Shown here piece by piece: positions 1 to 12,981 of a stretch of DNA of 64,000 nucleotides. Below the pieces are notes generated by a model. It was given only the letters and a program-made list of their open reading frames with translations, ran no database searches and was not told the DNA's origin. Made by a program: the position numbers and the translations under genes. How positions within the stretch are numbered: position 1 is the stretch's first letter; each line of letters starts with the position of its first letter. The stretch is from Chiloscyllium plagiosum (Eukaryota), in contig NC_057749.1 of the NCBI RefSeq assembly GCF_004010195.1, positions 18,268,488-18,332,487 on the forward strand. The letters run 5' to 3'.

Positions 1-566
1 CTCTCCCTGTCTCTCTCCCTGTCTCTCTCCCTGTCTCTCTCCCTGTCTCTCTCCCTGTCTCTCTCCCTGTCTCTCTCCCTGTCTCTCTCCCTGTCTCTCT
101 CCCTGTCTCTCTCCCTGTCTCTCTCCCTGTCTCTCTCCCTGTCTCTCTCCCTGTCTCTCTCCCTGTCTCTCTCCCTGTCTCTCTCCCTGTCTCTCTCCCT
201 GTCTCTCTCCCTGTCTCTCTCCCTGTCTCTCTCCCTGTCTCTCTCCCTGTCTCTCTCCCTGTCTCTCTCCCTGTCTCTCTCCCTGTCTCTCTCCCTGTCT
301 CTCTCCCTGTCTCTCTCCCTGTCTCTCTCCCTGTCTCTCTCCCTGTCTCTCTCCCTGTCTCTCTCCCTGTCTCTCTCCCTGTCTCTCTCCCTGTCTCTCT
401 CCCTGTCTCTCTCCCTGTCTCTCTCCCTGTCTCTCTCCCTGTCTCTCTCCCTGTCTCTCTCCCTGTCTCTCTCCCTGTCTCTCTCCCTGTCTCTCTCCCT
501 GTCTCTCTCCCTGTCTCTCTCCCTGTCTCTCTCCCTGTCTCTCTCCCTGTCTCTCTCCCTGTCTCT
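1..566. repeat. 12-bp tandem repeat (CTCTCCCTGTCT)n, about 47 copies, runs off the window start
   Basis: Near-perfect repetition visible directly. Confidence 0.97.
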
Positions 567-1340
567 CCCCATCCCCCCACTCCTCTCCCTCCCACTCTTT
601 CCTTTTCTGTCGCTCTTTTACTTTCTTTTCTCTCTTACCCGTGCACTCCCCGCCGAGGTCCCAGTGGTTTGCCTCCGCATTTCAGATTTGGATTGTGTCG
701 ATCTGCATTTATGAATCAATTTACTCAATTCCTCATTGATTAGTATTTACACGTTATCATTAACATCTGAAAGGCCAAGGAGAAAAGCACAAGAGGTGCT
801 ATCATCTCCCCTGTAAGCTTGAAGAAACTCCCATCCCATCTCCAAAAGGGTGGTGACAATCGTGCGATTTGATTATTTTGTGGTTTCTGGTGTCCTGATC
901 CTTTCCTTTCCAGGATCATACTTTGGTTGTGGAATTTTTGGAGTGTTCATCCCTGAAGAACGAAGATATACATTTATAGGATGTTTTCTGAAAGGTTATG
1001 AATTTCTCAGTCAAAGATCGTGGTTTGGCATTCACAAAAATCTAGTTTTAGACAAGTGCACGTGGTAAACATCTGGAAAATTATTTTCCTTTCAGATCCC
1101 TAATGGCCTTGTCCCCTCTATCTGTGTAATCTCCAACCCTACAAAATCCCAAGATGATGACTCTGCACTCCTCTCAGCCGAGCCTCTTGTACATCCTAAT
1201 TTTAATCATTAATAGCATTGGTTGCACCCCCCATAGTTGCATTGGCCCCACATTCTAGGATTCTCTCCCTGAACCTCCCAACCCTTTACCTCGCTTGCCT
1301 TATTTAAGACATTATCTCTATGACAGAGTTTTCATCTATT

Positions 1341-2070
1341 TGAGTTACAGGGAGAGACTGGATAGGCTAGGACCACTTTCACTGGAGTGGAGGAGGTTGA
1401 GAGGGTGACCTTTATAGAGGTCTATAAAATGATGAGGGACATGGATAAGTTAAATACCTTTTCCCTCGGGTTGAGGAGCTCAAAACTAGAGGGCATTTTT
1501 TTTAAGGTGAGAGGGAAATGATTTAGAAAAGGGACCCGAGGGGCAACTTTTTCAGGTAGAAAGTGATTCATACGTGGAATGAACTGCTAGAGGAAGTGAT
1601 AGATGCAGGTACAGTTACAGCACTTAAAAGACATTTGGACAGGTGCATGAATAGGAAAGATTTAGGGGGATATGTGCCAAACACAGGCAAATGGGACTAG
1701 ATTAGCTTGGGAAACCGGGTCAGTATGGACGAGTTGGACTAAAGGGTCAGTTTTTGTGCTGTAGACTCAGTGACTTTGACTCCATGAGTAGGACCTGGGT
1801 ATTATAGCCTTAAAATAAGAGGGGAACAGATTTAGGAGGGAATTGAGGAGGAACATCTTCACCCAAAGGGTTGTAAATCTGTGGAATTCCCTGCCCAGTT
1901 GAGGGTGCCTTGTTGAATGTTTTCAAGGCAAAGATAGATTTTTGAGCAGGATAGGAATTACAGGTTATGGTGTGCGGGCTGAGTCCACAAGATGATCAGC
2001 CGTGATCTTATTGAATGATGGAGCAGGCTTGAGGGGCCGGATGGCCTACTCCTGCTCCTAGTTCTTATCT
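1341..2070 (+). mobile_element. Two adjacent CR1/HER1 LINE 3' fragments
   Basis: Degenerate match to the CR1 ORF2 C-terminus (RLGLFSLERRRLRGDLIEVYKIM...WNELPEEVV) and 3' UTR seen in better copies at 4053 and 32574. Confidence 0.8.
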
Positions 2071-2851
2071 CATGCTTTGTTTCATGGTGCTCCTGTGTAG
2101 TCCTTTGGGACATTTCTTTTATATTAAAGGCACTATGGGAATGTAGGTTGTTGTGCAGCTGTTCACCTACTGCCAGTAAAGTCAAATGGTTACTTGCCTC
2201 CCTGCCCTGGCTCTAACTCATGTGGATGTTTTGACTGATGTTTATCCCGTTGGTACAATGCGGTCTGAGCCTTGCAAAGCCTTTTGTTTACCGCGCTGAG
2301 CTGTGAAAGCATCAACAGATGGCACACTCTGAGGTGGCAGCCATGTTTATTTGGCTTTCAGGCCTAAAAAAGAGGGGGGGGGGGGAGGATTTGGATGTTT
2401 GTTCAAAGGCCGTTGCCTAGCGATTGTGCTGTCGCTAATCTCTCCAGGGAATTCAGTAGCACAACATCTGCTCGGGGTTGCCAAGGGAATGGTATGGGAT
2501 GTGCAGGCAGGAAGGGAGTATGCAGCTATCACTGTTTCCCAGATTATATTTAAAGAGCCTGACTCCAGGCCTTGCTGTTTCAGGCTTGTCTTTTTTAAGT
2601 AGTTCTGTTGTTGAAGCTTGAAGCAGATTTTAAACACCGTGCTTGTCTGAATACAAATATCTGTGATCCTCAGTGTAGAATTTGTCCTTTTTTTTTACAG
2701 CAGGCTTGTGTGAGAAAAGCTTTCTTTAGGAAATGTTATGTAGGTTTATTTTAGCAATAACATTCAATTGATCTCCTGGTAACCATTGACGGAAATAAAA
2801 CTGCTCCTTTAATGGCTTTTTATTCTTTTCCCTCATCACGCCCCCTAATCT

Positions 2852-3202
2852 GCGGCATGGTGACTCAGTGGTTAGCACTGCTGCCTCACTGTGCCAGGGA
2901 CCTGGGTTCGATTCCAGCCTCCGGCGACTGTCTGTGTGGAGTTTGCACATTCTCCCCGTGTCTGCGTGGGTTTTGTCTGGGTGCTCCAGTCTCCTCCCAA
3001 AATCCAAAAATGTGCAGGTTAGGTAACTTGGCCCTGCTAAATTGTCCACAGTGTTCAGCGATGTGTTGGCTCGGTGGGTTAGCCTTGGGGAATGCAGGGG
3101 TACAGGGATAGGGTAGTGGGGTGGGTCTGGGTGGGACGTTCTGCAGAGGGTTGGTGTCAACTTGGTGGGTTGAATGGCCAACTTCCACACTGTAGGGCTT
3201 CT
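2852..3202 (+). mobile_element. HE1-like tRNA-derived SINE
   Basis: A-box-like GTGACTCAGTGG and B-box GGTTCGATTCC, then the conserved body GTGTGGAGTTTGCACATTCTCCCCGTGTCTGCGTGGG; several copies in the window. Confidence 0.9.
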
Positions 3203-3418
3203 ATGAAATCTCTCTTAATATGAAAACAAGCCCTTTGTTTATCGAAAGACAGATCCAGTTCCTATGGATTGCAGGGTAGCTAATGTAACCCCACAGTGTA
3301 AGATGTGAGGCAAAGAGAAAACAGTGAATTATAGACTGGCTTGTTTGACGTTGGTAGTGGGGACAAGTGGTGGAACTCATTATAAAAGATTTAATAGTAG
3401 AACACTTGGGATGTTCTC

Positions 3419-3975
3419 TTGAATTTGAACAGGACATTGGTGAGGCCGCTTCTGTGTCCAGTTCTGGTCGCCCTGTTATAAGAAGGAAATTATTAAGCTG
3501 GAGAGGGTTCAGAAGGGATTTACCAGGGTGTTGCTGGGAATGGAGGGTTTGAATTAAAAGGAGAGGCTGGTTAGGCCGGGCCTTTTCTCACTGGAGTGTA
3601 GGAGGTTGAGGGGTGACCTTATAGAGGTTTATATAAGGGTATAGATAAGGTGAATGGCAGGTGTCTTTTTCCTCTGGTGGGGGGGGGGGGATTTAAAAAA
3701 TGGAGGAATAATTTTAAGATGAGAGGAGAAAGATTTTAAAAAAGACACAATGGACAATGTTCTTACAGACAGTGGTTTGTGTATGGAATAAACTTCCTGA
3801 GGAAGTAGTGGATAGGGGTGTACAGTTACAGCATTTAAAAGGCATTTGGATAAATACTTGAATAAGAAATATTTGGAGGGATATGGGCCAGGAGCAGGCA
3901 GGTGGGACTAGTTTAGTTTGGGATTATGGTTGGCATGGACTGGTTGGACCAAAGGGTCTGTTTCCATGCTGTATG
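3419..3975 (+). mobile_element. CR1/HER1 LINE 3' fragment
   Basis: Degenerate CR1 ORF2 C-terminal sequence and 3' tail. Confidence 0.8.
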
Positions 3976-4052
3976 ATAGAATTGGATAGAGTTACCGTGG
4001 ATTTACAGAAGGGAAGGTATACTTGCTGGAATATTTTGAGGATGTGTCTAAT

Positions 4053-4879
4053 CATAGAGTTGTACAGCATGGAAACAAACCCTTCGGTCCAACCTGTCCA
4101 TGCCGACCAGGTTTCCCAACCCAATCTAGTCCCACCTGCCAGCACCCGGTCCATATCCCTCCAAACCCTTCCTATTCATATGCCCATCCAAATGCCTCTT
4201 AAATGTTGGATTTGTACCAGCCTCCACCACTTCCTCTGGCAGCTCATTCCATACACGTACCACCCTCTGTGTGAAAAGGTTGCCCCTTAGGTCTCTTTTA
4301 TATCTTTCCCCTCTCACCCTAAACTTATGCCGTCTAGTTCTGGGCTCCCCAACCCCAGGGAAAAGACTTTGCCTATTTACCCTATCCATGCCCCTCATAA
4401 TTTTGTAAACCTCTATAAGATCACCCCTCAGCCTCCGACGCTCCAGGGAAAACAGCCCCAGCCTGTCCAGCTTCTCTCGATAGCTCAAAACCTCCAACCC
4501 TGGCAACATCCTTGTACATCTTTTCTGAACCCTTACAAGTTTCACTACATCTTTCCGATAGGAAGGAGGCCAGAATTGCATGCAATATTCCAACAGTGGC
4601 CTAACCAATGCCCTGTACAGCCGCAACATGACCTCCCAACTCCTATATTCAATACTCTGACCAATAAGGGAAAGCATACCAAACACCTTCTTCACTATCC
4701 TATCTACCTGTGACTCCACTTTTAAGGAGCTATGACCCTGCACTCCAAGGTCTCCTTGTTCAGCAACACTCCTTAGGACCTTACCATTAAGTGTATAAGT
4801 CCTGCTAAAATTTGCTTTCCCAAAATGCAGCACCTCGCATTTATCTGAATTAAACTGCATCTGCCACTTCTCAGCCCAG
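4053..4879 (-). mobile_element. CR1/HER1 LINE, 5'-truncated, ORF2 C-terminal part still open
   Basis: ORF 4126..5025: WAEKWQMQFNSDKCEVLHFG...RPLLEYCMQFW...RRLRGDLIEVYKIM...WNELPEEVV. Confidence 0.93.
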
Positions 4880-4931
4880 TTGATTGTGTGGAGGAGGGGG
4901 AGAGCAGGGGCGAGCCAGTGGATATGGTTTA

Positions 4932-5127
4932 CATTTGGTTCTGCTGTAACGTGCGTTTCTTCAACGTGAATTGGCTTTAATGCGTTTGAAGCAAACTTTA
5001 CTTGCCTGTATTGGCTCTGACGCAATTCTGGACCCCATTAGTTTAAACGGCGCGGCTGTTGCGCGATTTTCTAATAACGCGAGATCGCACGAAAACGGAG
5101 CTATCACATTATTATCAGAACCGACTG
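4932..5127. mobile_element. Tc1/mariner (Tigger/pogo-like) MITE inserted in an older CR1 RT fragment
   Basis: Ends TA|CATTTGGTTCTG and CAGAACCGACTG|TA (imperfect TIR, TA duplication). Removing it restores CR1 VDMVYLDFQKAF. Confidence 0.7.
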
Positions 5128-5909
5128 TACTTGGATTTTCAGAAGGCTTTCGGTGACGTTCCATGTAAGCGTGCAACATTTAAACCACATGGGATTACCC
5201 CTTTCCTCTAATCTCTCTCCCGGCTCCGAGGTCCAAATGGGGATCAATGTCCTGAGCTGGAAGTCAGTGCTGCAATCGGTGTGCCAGTACTGGTCAGCAT
5301 GTGTGCAATGTCCAGGATCCTGCAGATGTACACAGCCTCGAGGGAATGTTCCATGGAACTGGGGGACTTGGCAGACTGGAAAGTGAGATTAGGGATAAAC
5401 GGGCCTTTTTTTTTTACCCTGAGTGGCTGGCAATGATGAGTGAGGTACTGCAGAGATCAGTGCTTGCACCTCAGCTAATCACAACATGTACTCGTGAGTT
5501 GGAAGAGGGAACGAAATGTAATATCTCTTAAGTGTGTGAACTGTGGGGCGGGTGAGCTGTGAGGAGGATGTGAGAGGAATCAGACATGCTTCAGTGTGAT
5601 TTAGACAAGTTGAGTGAGTGGGTGAATGTGTGGCAGATGCACTATAATGTGAGATTATCTTTGGTAGCAGAAATAGGAATTATTATCTGGGAATAAATTG
5701 GGAAAGGGAGAGGGTGCAACATGTTTTGGATGTCTTTGCACACCAGTCGCTGATGCAAGCATTGCAGGAGCAGTAGGTAGTGAAGAAGGCACATGGTTTG
5801 TTGGCTTTCGTAGTGAGAGGATTGGAGTGCAGAGCCCTAGTGAGAGCACAGTTGGAGTATTGTGTGCAGCTTTGGTCTCCTTATCTGAGGAAGGATTATC
5901 GTAGAATAA

Positions 5910-6235
5910 TCACAGTGTGGAAGCAGGCCATTCAGCCCATTGAGTCCACACCATCCCTCCAAAGAGCATCCCATCCAGACCCCTACCCTATAACCCTGTA
6001 TTTCCCCATGGCTAGCCCCACCCCTAGCCTACAGATCCCTGGACACTATGGGGTAATGTCCCACAGCCCATTCACCCCAACCTACATGTCTTTGGATTGT
6101 GGGGGGACATCAGAGCGCCCGGAGGAAGCACATGCAGATACAGGGAGAACGTGCAAACTCCACACGGTCAGTCACCCGAGGCTGGAATCGAACCCGGGAC
6201 ACTGGCGCTGTGAGGCAGCAGAGCCACCGTGCCAC
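5910..6235 (-). mobile_element. HE1-like SINE inside an old CR1 fragment
   Basis: Reverse complement of the SINE head and body (GTGCAAACTCCACAC...GGAATCGAACCC). Confidence 0.85.
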
Positions 6236-6361
6236 CTGGATGTTCTGGCAATGAAGTGAGTGCAATGAAGGCTTGGCAGAGTGAATCCTGGAATCGCAGG
6301 ACTAATGTATGAAGAGAGACTGGATCAGTTGGAGTTTAGAAGAATGGGAGGGTGGGGGAGT

Positions 6362-6560
6362 GATAGTTGATCGTGCCTTTTGGTGAGTAGTTGGTGCCCA
6401 TGTATCCTGGTGGCTAGTTTCCTGCCTGTTTGTCCAGTCTTCTCCAAAATCGCAATGATATTGTTTATTTGCATCATTTGAGGGGCCCCTGACCCAGGGT
6501 CCGCGATTATTGCTCACTTACACAGTGAAGAGTGTGGTATTTGTCTTGTCTGTGATGGGG
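6362..6560 (-). mobile_element. Degenerate Penelope GIY-YIG fragment
   Basis: ATCCTGGTGGCTAGTTTCCTGCCTGTTTGTCCA matches the element at 61134-61643 (GQTGRKLATRI). Confidence 0.65.
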
Positions 6561-6850
6561 ATAAGAGAGCGAGAGAGAGTTTATTTCACACTCACTAAGA
6601 ATTTGTGCTGCTTTCATGAGTAAATAACCTGAAATATTTAGACATTAGAAGTTTGCTCCCTCTCACTCCCCCTCTCTGTCTGAGGATCCCTCACTGTAGT
6701 TGAGCTGAACCAAACCCTGCTTTTGATTAGCTCACTTGTTTGGTGCGGTGTTAGCCTCTAGACAGAAGCGTGGGCCATCTGTTGTCCACGTGCGCTCCAT
6801 TCAGCTTCAGCAGAGTTTGCTCAAGGCATCTGACAGATGAGAATTCTTTT

Positions 6851-7350
6851 NNNNNNNNNNNNNNNNNNNNNNNNNNNNNNNNNNNNNNNNNNNNNNNNNN
6901 NNNNNNNNNNNNNNNNNNNNNNNNNNNNNNNNNNNNNNNNNNNNNNNNNNNNNNNNNNNNNNNNNNNNNNNNNNNNNNNNNNNNNNNNNNNNNNNNNNNN
7001 NNNNNNNNNNNNNNNNNNNNNNNNNNNNNNNNNNNNNNNNNNNNNNNNNNNNNNNNNNNNNNNNNNNNNNNNNNNNNNNNNNNNNNNNNNNNNNNNNNNN
7101 NNNNNNNNNNNNNNNNNNNNNNNNNNNNNNNNNNNNNNNNNNNNNNNNNNNNNNNNNNNNNNNNNNNNNNNNNNNNNNNNNNNNNNNNNNNNNNNNNNNN
7201 NNNNNNNNNNNNNNNNNNNNNNNNNNNNNNNNNNNNNNNNNNNNNNNNNNNNNNNNNNNNNNNNNNNNNNNNNNNNNNNNNNNNNNNNNNNNNNNNNNNN
7301 NNNNNNNNNNNNNNNNNNNNNNNNNNNNNNNNNNNNNNNNNNNNNNNNNN
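6851..7350. other. Assembly gap (500 N); other gaps at about 17129-17148, 35826-35925, 44304-44803, 52702-52924
   Basis: Runs of n. Confidence 0.99.
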
Positions 7351-8211
7351 GCCACTTCACATAGAAGCGTCTCAAGGAAAAGTTCATTTCCACACAAAAA
7401 GCTCTTTAAGTAAGATATCCAGTTGTATTTATCAATTGTTAACAAATGTGGCTCTGACACGGATGAAAGAATCCAGCTCGACTACATGTTCGCATTTAGG
7501 AAATTCTTCATTACACCTGCTTTATTTGCATTTTCCCACATGATTAAAAGAATGTTAAAACCTGAGTTCATATTAAGATCAAAACTTGATCCACTTTTGT
7601 TCCATAATAATAATACAATTTGACTGTACTCCAAGAGACAAACTTACTTTTCCAATTTCTACTACTTTATATAAAAAAGCATACATCTGATTAATTCGTC
7701 AGCGAATGATAATTTAGAGTCTATCTGAATCAATTTGCTTAAAGATCTTGAGCTCTTCAACAACTTACATTTGTATAGCACCTCTAATGTAATGAAGTAG
7801 TGTAATCCTAAAGTGCTTCACAGGAGGGTTACAGAATAAAGTGTGATTGATGCTGAGCCACATAAAGGGATGTTCAGTCAAATAAACGGATGCTTGGTCA
7901 AATTGGTTGGGTTTATGGTGACAGTTAAAGGAAGAGAGTGAGGTTTGGAAGGAGAAAGGCTGTCGGGAGGGAATTTCAGTGACTGGGGTGTAAGAAACTG
8001 AAAGCATGGCCAACAACAGTGGAGCAGTTAATATTGACAATGCACCAGTTGCCAGAATTGATAAATGTTGCAGTAGGGGTTGGGAGGCAGTTGTGAGGTC
8101 ATCAATCCTCCTTGATTATTTACAAAATCAACTTAAACTAAATTAGCATAGGCAACCCTTAAGGAGCATGATAACAACAATCAAAGTTTCAAAGAAAAAG
8201 TCATTAAATTT

Positions 8212-9892
8212 ATTAAAATATCCAACAGTGCACACTGGTCACAGAGGCCCGGAGCTCATAGCTGGGATACCACATGCTCCCTGTCTCTCTATCTCTCTCT
8301 CTCTCTCTAGGGACATTAACACAGGCTGTAACCAAGAAAGAGAGACATTATCCTACTTTTCACTACTTCATAATAACCTGATTAAACACAATTAATGTAG
8401 ACAGTCCATAGGGACACTAACAAAATTTTAAAAATTCACAGGACATGTAAATTAAATATAATTTTAAGTGGGAGATGATTCCCCTCAGCTCCCGAAATCC
8501 TGCAGTGAACTGGCAGGCACCATCTCCCTTTCCAAGAACACACTGGCACAGTACAGAAGCAGAATTCCCTTTTCTAAAGTTAAACGTTAAATCTGTCAGA
8601 CAGCCCCTTGTGGGGCATTGGAACAAATAAAAATCAAAAGGTCAGTGGAAACTTATCAAAATTAAATTAAAACACCATTTGTGTGCAGCGCCCACTTATC
8701 ACACAGGTTTGAAGTATACTGAGAGACACTGCTCCCTCCCTCTCCAGGGACACCCTGGCTCAGACATAATCATGAAATGCTCCTTTCCACTCCGAAACTA
8801 AACATTAAACGGGTTTAACAGCCCCTAGTGGGGCACTGTAACAAAAATAATCAAAGATCAATGAAACCTTAACAAACTTAAAATGTCATTACTGAAGATG
8901 ATGATGCTCCCCCAGCCCTGTGGTGCCCAGCAGCTACCAAAGGCCTCTATGGTACAAGCTGGAATCTGAACCTTGGGGTCCTGGCTCAAAGGCAGTGGGC
9001 ACAGTTCGGGCAGTGGGCACAGGTCGGGCAGTGGGTTATGGAGAGCTCATAGCGCCCAACTGCATTGGTTACACCCACACCTGGGTCTGCATGGAGAGGG
9101 GCCATGTAGAGACCACCTTGTACCATAGAGGCCTTTGGTAGCTGCTGGGCACCACAGGGCTGGGGGAGCATCATCATCTTCAGTAATGACATTTTAAGTT
9201 TGTTAAGGTTTCATTGATCTTTGATTATTTTTGTTACAGTGCCCCACTAGGGGCTGTTAAACCCGTTTAATGTTTAGTTTCGGAGTGGAAAGGAGCATTC
9301 CATTTCTCTTTCATGATTATGTCTGAGCCAGAGTGTCCCTGGAGAGGGAGGGAGCAGTGTCTCTCAGTATACTTCAAACCTGTGTGACAAGCGGGCGCTG
9401 CACACAAATGGTGTTTTAATTTAATTTTGATAAGTTTCCACTGACCTTTTGATTTTTATTTGTTCCAATGCCCCACAAGGGGCTGTCTGACAGGTTTAAC
9501 GTTTAACTTTAGAAAAGGGAATTCTGCTTCTGTTCAGTGCCAGTGTGTTCTTGGAAAGGACAGGGAGATGGTGCCTGCCAGTTCACTGCAGGATTTCGGG
9601 AGCTGAGGGGAATCATCTCCCACTTAAAAATTATATTTAATTTACATGTACTTTATGTTACATTTCCTGTGAATTTTTAAATTTTGTTAGAGTGTCCCTT
9701 TGGACTGTCTACATTAATTGTGTTTAATCAGGTTATTATGAAGTAGTGAAAAGGAGGATAATGTCTCTCTTTCCTGGGTACAGCTGTGTTAATGTCCCTA
9801 GAGAGAGAGAGAGAGAGAGACAGGGAGCATGTGGTATCCCAGCTATGAGCTCCGGGCCTCTGTGGCCAGTGTGCACTGTTGGATATTTTAAT
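8212..9892. repeat. Long inverted repeat: arms about 8212-8958 and 9117-9892, spacer about 158 bp; probably Tx1-like LINE 3' ends
   Basis: Arms are reverse complements with scattered substitutions and indels. The + strand reads ...TIEAFGSCWAPQGWGSII, resembling the Tx1-clade ORF2 C-terminus as I recall it. Confidence 0.9.
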
Positions 9893-9985
9893 CAAATTTT
9901 TAAAAAAACAAACATATAATTGTGCAAAGACAGATGGCAGGTCAAAAAATGAGCAGAGTATCAAAAACAGTGAAGAATAACCAAA

Positions 9986-10079
9986 GTTGAAACTTTATTG
10001 CTGGAACAGCACAGCAGGTCAGGCAGCATCCAGGGAACAGGAGATTCGACGTTTCGGGCACAGGCCCTTCTTCAGGAAA
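9986..10079 (-). mobile_element. 94-bp Penelope-derived mini-insertion (family A) with hammerhead motif
   Basis: 14-bp TSD GAAGAATAACCAAA (9972-9985 and 10080-10093). Minus strand reads TTC-CTGAAGA-A-GGGC-CTGT-GCCC-GAAA-CG-TC-GAA. Confidence 0.8.
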
Positions 10080-10696
10080 GAAGAATAACCAAATACTTGT
10101 TAAGGACAGGATAAGTAGAATACCAGAGAAGACCAGCCAGAAATATACGACCAGCTTGTAGGAGTTCCATAAAGATTTTAAAAAGAAAATAATCAAACTG
10201 AACATTGGTCCATTAGAAAGAGGATCCAAAGGTAAGCAGTTTGGATGGATTGGCCATGCTAAATTGCCCAGTGTTCAGGGAATGTGTAGGCTAGGTGGAT
10301 TGACCAAGGTAAATGCAGGGTTACAGGGATCAGGTGCAAGCCTGGATCTGAGTGGGATGCTCTTCAGAGAGTCGGTGTGGACTCAATGGGCTGAATGGCC
10401 TCTTTCTGCACTGTAGGGATTCTGTGGTTCCATCTGTCCTTTGAACATCAAGATTTCATAGCCTTTATGTAAACTAACAAGTAATCTAAAAACCAACAGT
10501 AAACACTTCTAAAGTGGCTGAGGTAAATGTCTCTTTAGTGAATGAAACTGATGAATTAATAATGGAAACAGGAATACAGTTGAGAATTTAAACAAGTGTT
10601 TTGTATCAGCCTTCTTAGCAGGGAACACAAAAAACATCTCAAGAACAGTAGGAAATCAAGGAGCAATAGAAGGAAGGAAATTAAGACAATTAGAGC

Positions 10697-11042
10697 GACA
10701 TGGCGGCTCAGTGGTTAGCACCTCTGCCTCACAGCGCTGGAGACCCCGGTTCAATTCCCGCCTCAGGCAACTGTCTGTGTGGAGTTTGCACATTCTCCCC
10801 GTGTCTGCGTGGGTTTCCTCCGGGTGCTCCGGTTTCCTCCCACAGTCACAAAGATGTGCAGGTCAGGTGGATTGGCCATGCTAAATTGCACAAAGTGTTC
10901 AGTGTTGTGCAGGACAGTTGGGTTAGCCATGGAAAATGCAAGGTTACAGAGATGTGGTGGGTCTGGGTGGGATGCTGTTTGGAACGTCGGTGTGGACTTG
11001 TTGGGTCAAATGGCCTCTTTCCACACTGTAGGGATTCTATGG
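10697..11042 (+). mobile_element. HE1-like SINE
   Basis: A/B boxes and conserved body. Confidence 0.9.
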
Positions 11043-11774
11043 AATCACTTTCACTGAGGAAAAGCCACCACATAAAGTAATGGGCTGAAATTTGATATAT
11101 CCCTCACACAGCATGAACACCTTTTAACCTGAGCTCATAAAAGAAGTGGCTGCTGAGAATGTGGATACATTTATTGTAATCTTCCAAAGCTCCCTAGATT
11201 CTGGAAAGATCCCAGCAGATTGGAAAAACTGCAAATCAAATACCAATATTCAAGAAAAGGGGCAGTCAGGAAGACAATTAGCCGAAAGTCTGACAGTGGA
11301 AAATGCTGAAATTCGTTATTAAATGGATAAAAGCAGCACATTTTAAAAACCATAATACAATCAGGCAAGGTTAACATTGTTTTGTGAATGGGGAAAATCA
11401 TACTTCACTAATTTAATGGAATTATTTGAGAAGGTAGCAAGTCAAGTAGATAAAGAGGAATTTGTAGATGTGGTATATTGGGATTTTAAAAAGATATTCG
11501 ATAAAGACCTGCTCTGAATTATCTCCAAAACGTGTATACCCCTCAAGTAAGGCGATCAAATCTGTACATGTCATTCCAGTGCAGTCACACCAATGTGCTG
11601 TAAAGTTATAACAAGGCTCCCCTAGTTTTGAACTCCATTCCCCTTCTATTAAAAATGTCAACATTCCATTTGCCGCCTTCATTTTGATTCGTGAGGCACT
11701 GGCACATTCTTCACTTGAACTGTGCTGAGATTGGAGCAGAATGGACCATTCCTGCTCCAATTAGTTGTTTTTAT

Positions 11775-12150
11775 TTTATTCATTCAGTGGGCATTGTTGG
11801 CTGGGCCAGCCTTTATTACTCGTCCCTAATTGTCTTGAAGCAGTTGGTAGTGAGCAGTTTGCAGTCCTTGAATCTCAGGATATCCACAGTGCTTTTCAAA
11901 ATGGAGATCCGTGGTTTTGATGCTACAACAGCAGCATTATCCTTCTAAGTCAGGACTGTGTCAGGTTCAGACAGGGGCTTGCAGGTGGTGGTGTTCCCAT
12001 ACATCTCTTGCCCTTGTCCTCGAGATGGTAGTGGTTAAAGGTCTGGAAGGTGCAATGTCAAGACCCTTGGTGAGTTATTGCCATGAATTTTGTAGATGGT
12101 ACACATTGCTGATCCTGTGGACTGGTGGTGGAGGGAGTCAATGATGGAGG
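11775..12150 (-). mobile_element. 3' end of an old LINE family (related copies at about 46390-46710, 50885-51050, 53115-53335)
   Basis: Recurring motif ATTCATTCATGGGATGTGG...CTGGGCCAGC...CCCTTGAGAAGGTGGTGGTGAGC...GATTTTGACCCAG. Confidence 0.6.
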
Positions 12151-12981
12151 TGTCCTTCATATTTATTCCCTCACTTAATTTTGATTTTGTGCACGATTTT
12201 ATTTTGAATAGAAGTGATTCATTATATATTTCCCATGTTAGATCCTGCATGTCTCAGTCTGGTTTCTTCAATCAGATTGTTTAAGATATGTTATTACTTG
12301 GGGAAAGGACATCACTGAAAGGATTTAAAATCACTAAATATTCTCCAAACTTCAAGACCATTCCAAAACTCTGGGTCTCAGATTGGACACATTACTCTAG
12401 CTGAGTCCCAGCCAGTGATTTGACAGAGCTTAGACCTGTTTTTGTTTCACTCTGTGCTTCTAGTTAGAAAGTTAATGACTTTATTTCTTAATCTTAATCA
12501 CAGTCTTTCATTTCTCCTTTCAGTATGTCCAGTAATACTGGGAATGATGGAGAAAGTGCTAAATAATGCAGCAATAATAAAAAGTACATAACAGTCCTGG
12601 AAAAAGTAAAATCTTTTGTGTAGGTCATTAGACCTTGAGTTAGTTGTACAGGTTTATTTGTCTTTGTTTGTTTTTCACAGAGTGTGAGAATCACTGGTAA
12701 GGCTCAATTGGTATTGAGCTGCTCACTTGGCCATTTCAGAGTCAATCAGGGATGTGACCTGGAGTCACCAGACTTTGCTTGGTTTCCCTCCCCAAAGGGC
12801 ATTAGTGAATTGGGTGGGATTTTATGACAAAGAAGTTGTAATTTTACAGTTGCTGTCACTAGTTTTTAATTCCAGAATTTTGTTAAATTAATTTAGGTTT
12901 CCCCAGCTACCAGGATGAGATTTGAACCCGTCACCAGACCATTAGTCTGGGATTTGGAGTAACTAGACCAGTGACATAACA

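Noticed and set aside
2852..2930. tRNA gene
   Set aside because: The A/B boxes are the head of a multi-copy SINE and continue into the SINE body.
6770..7543. ORFs of 175-257 aa
   Set aside because: They are mostly X from the 500-N gap.
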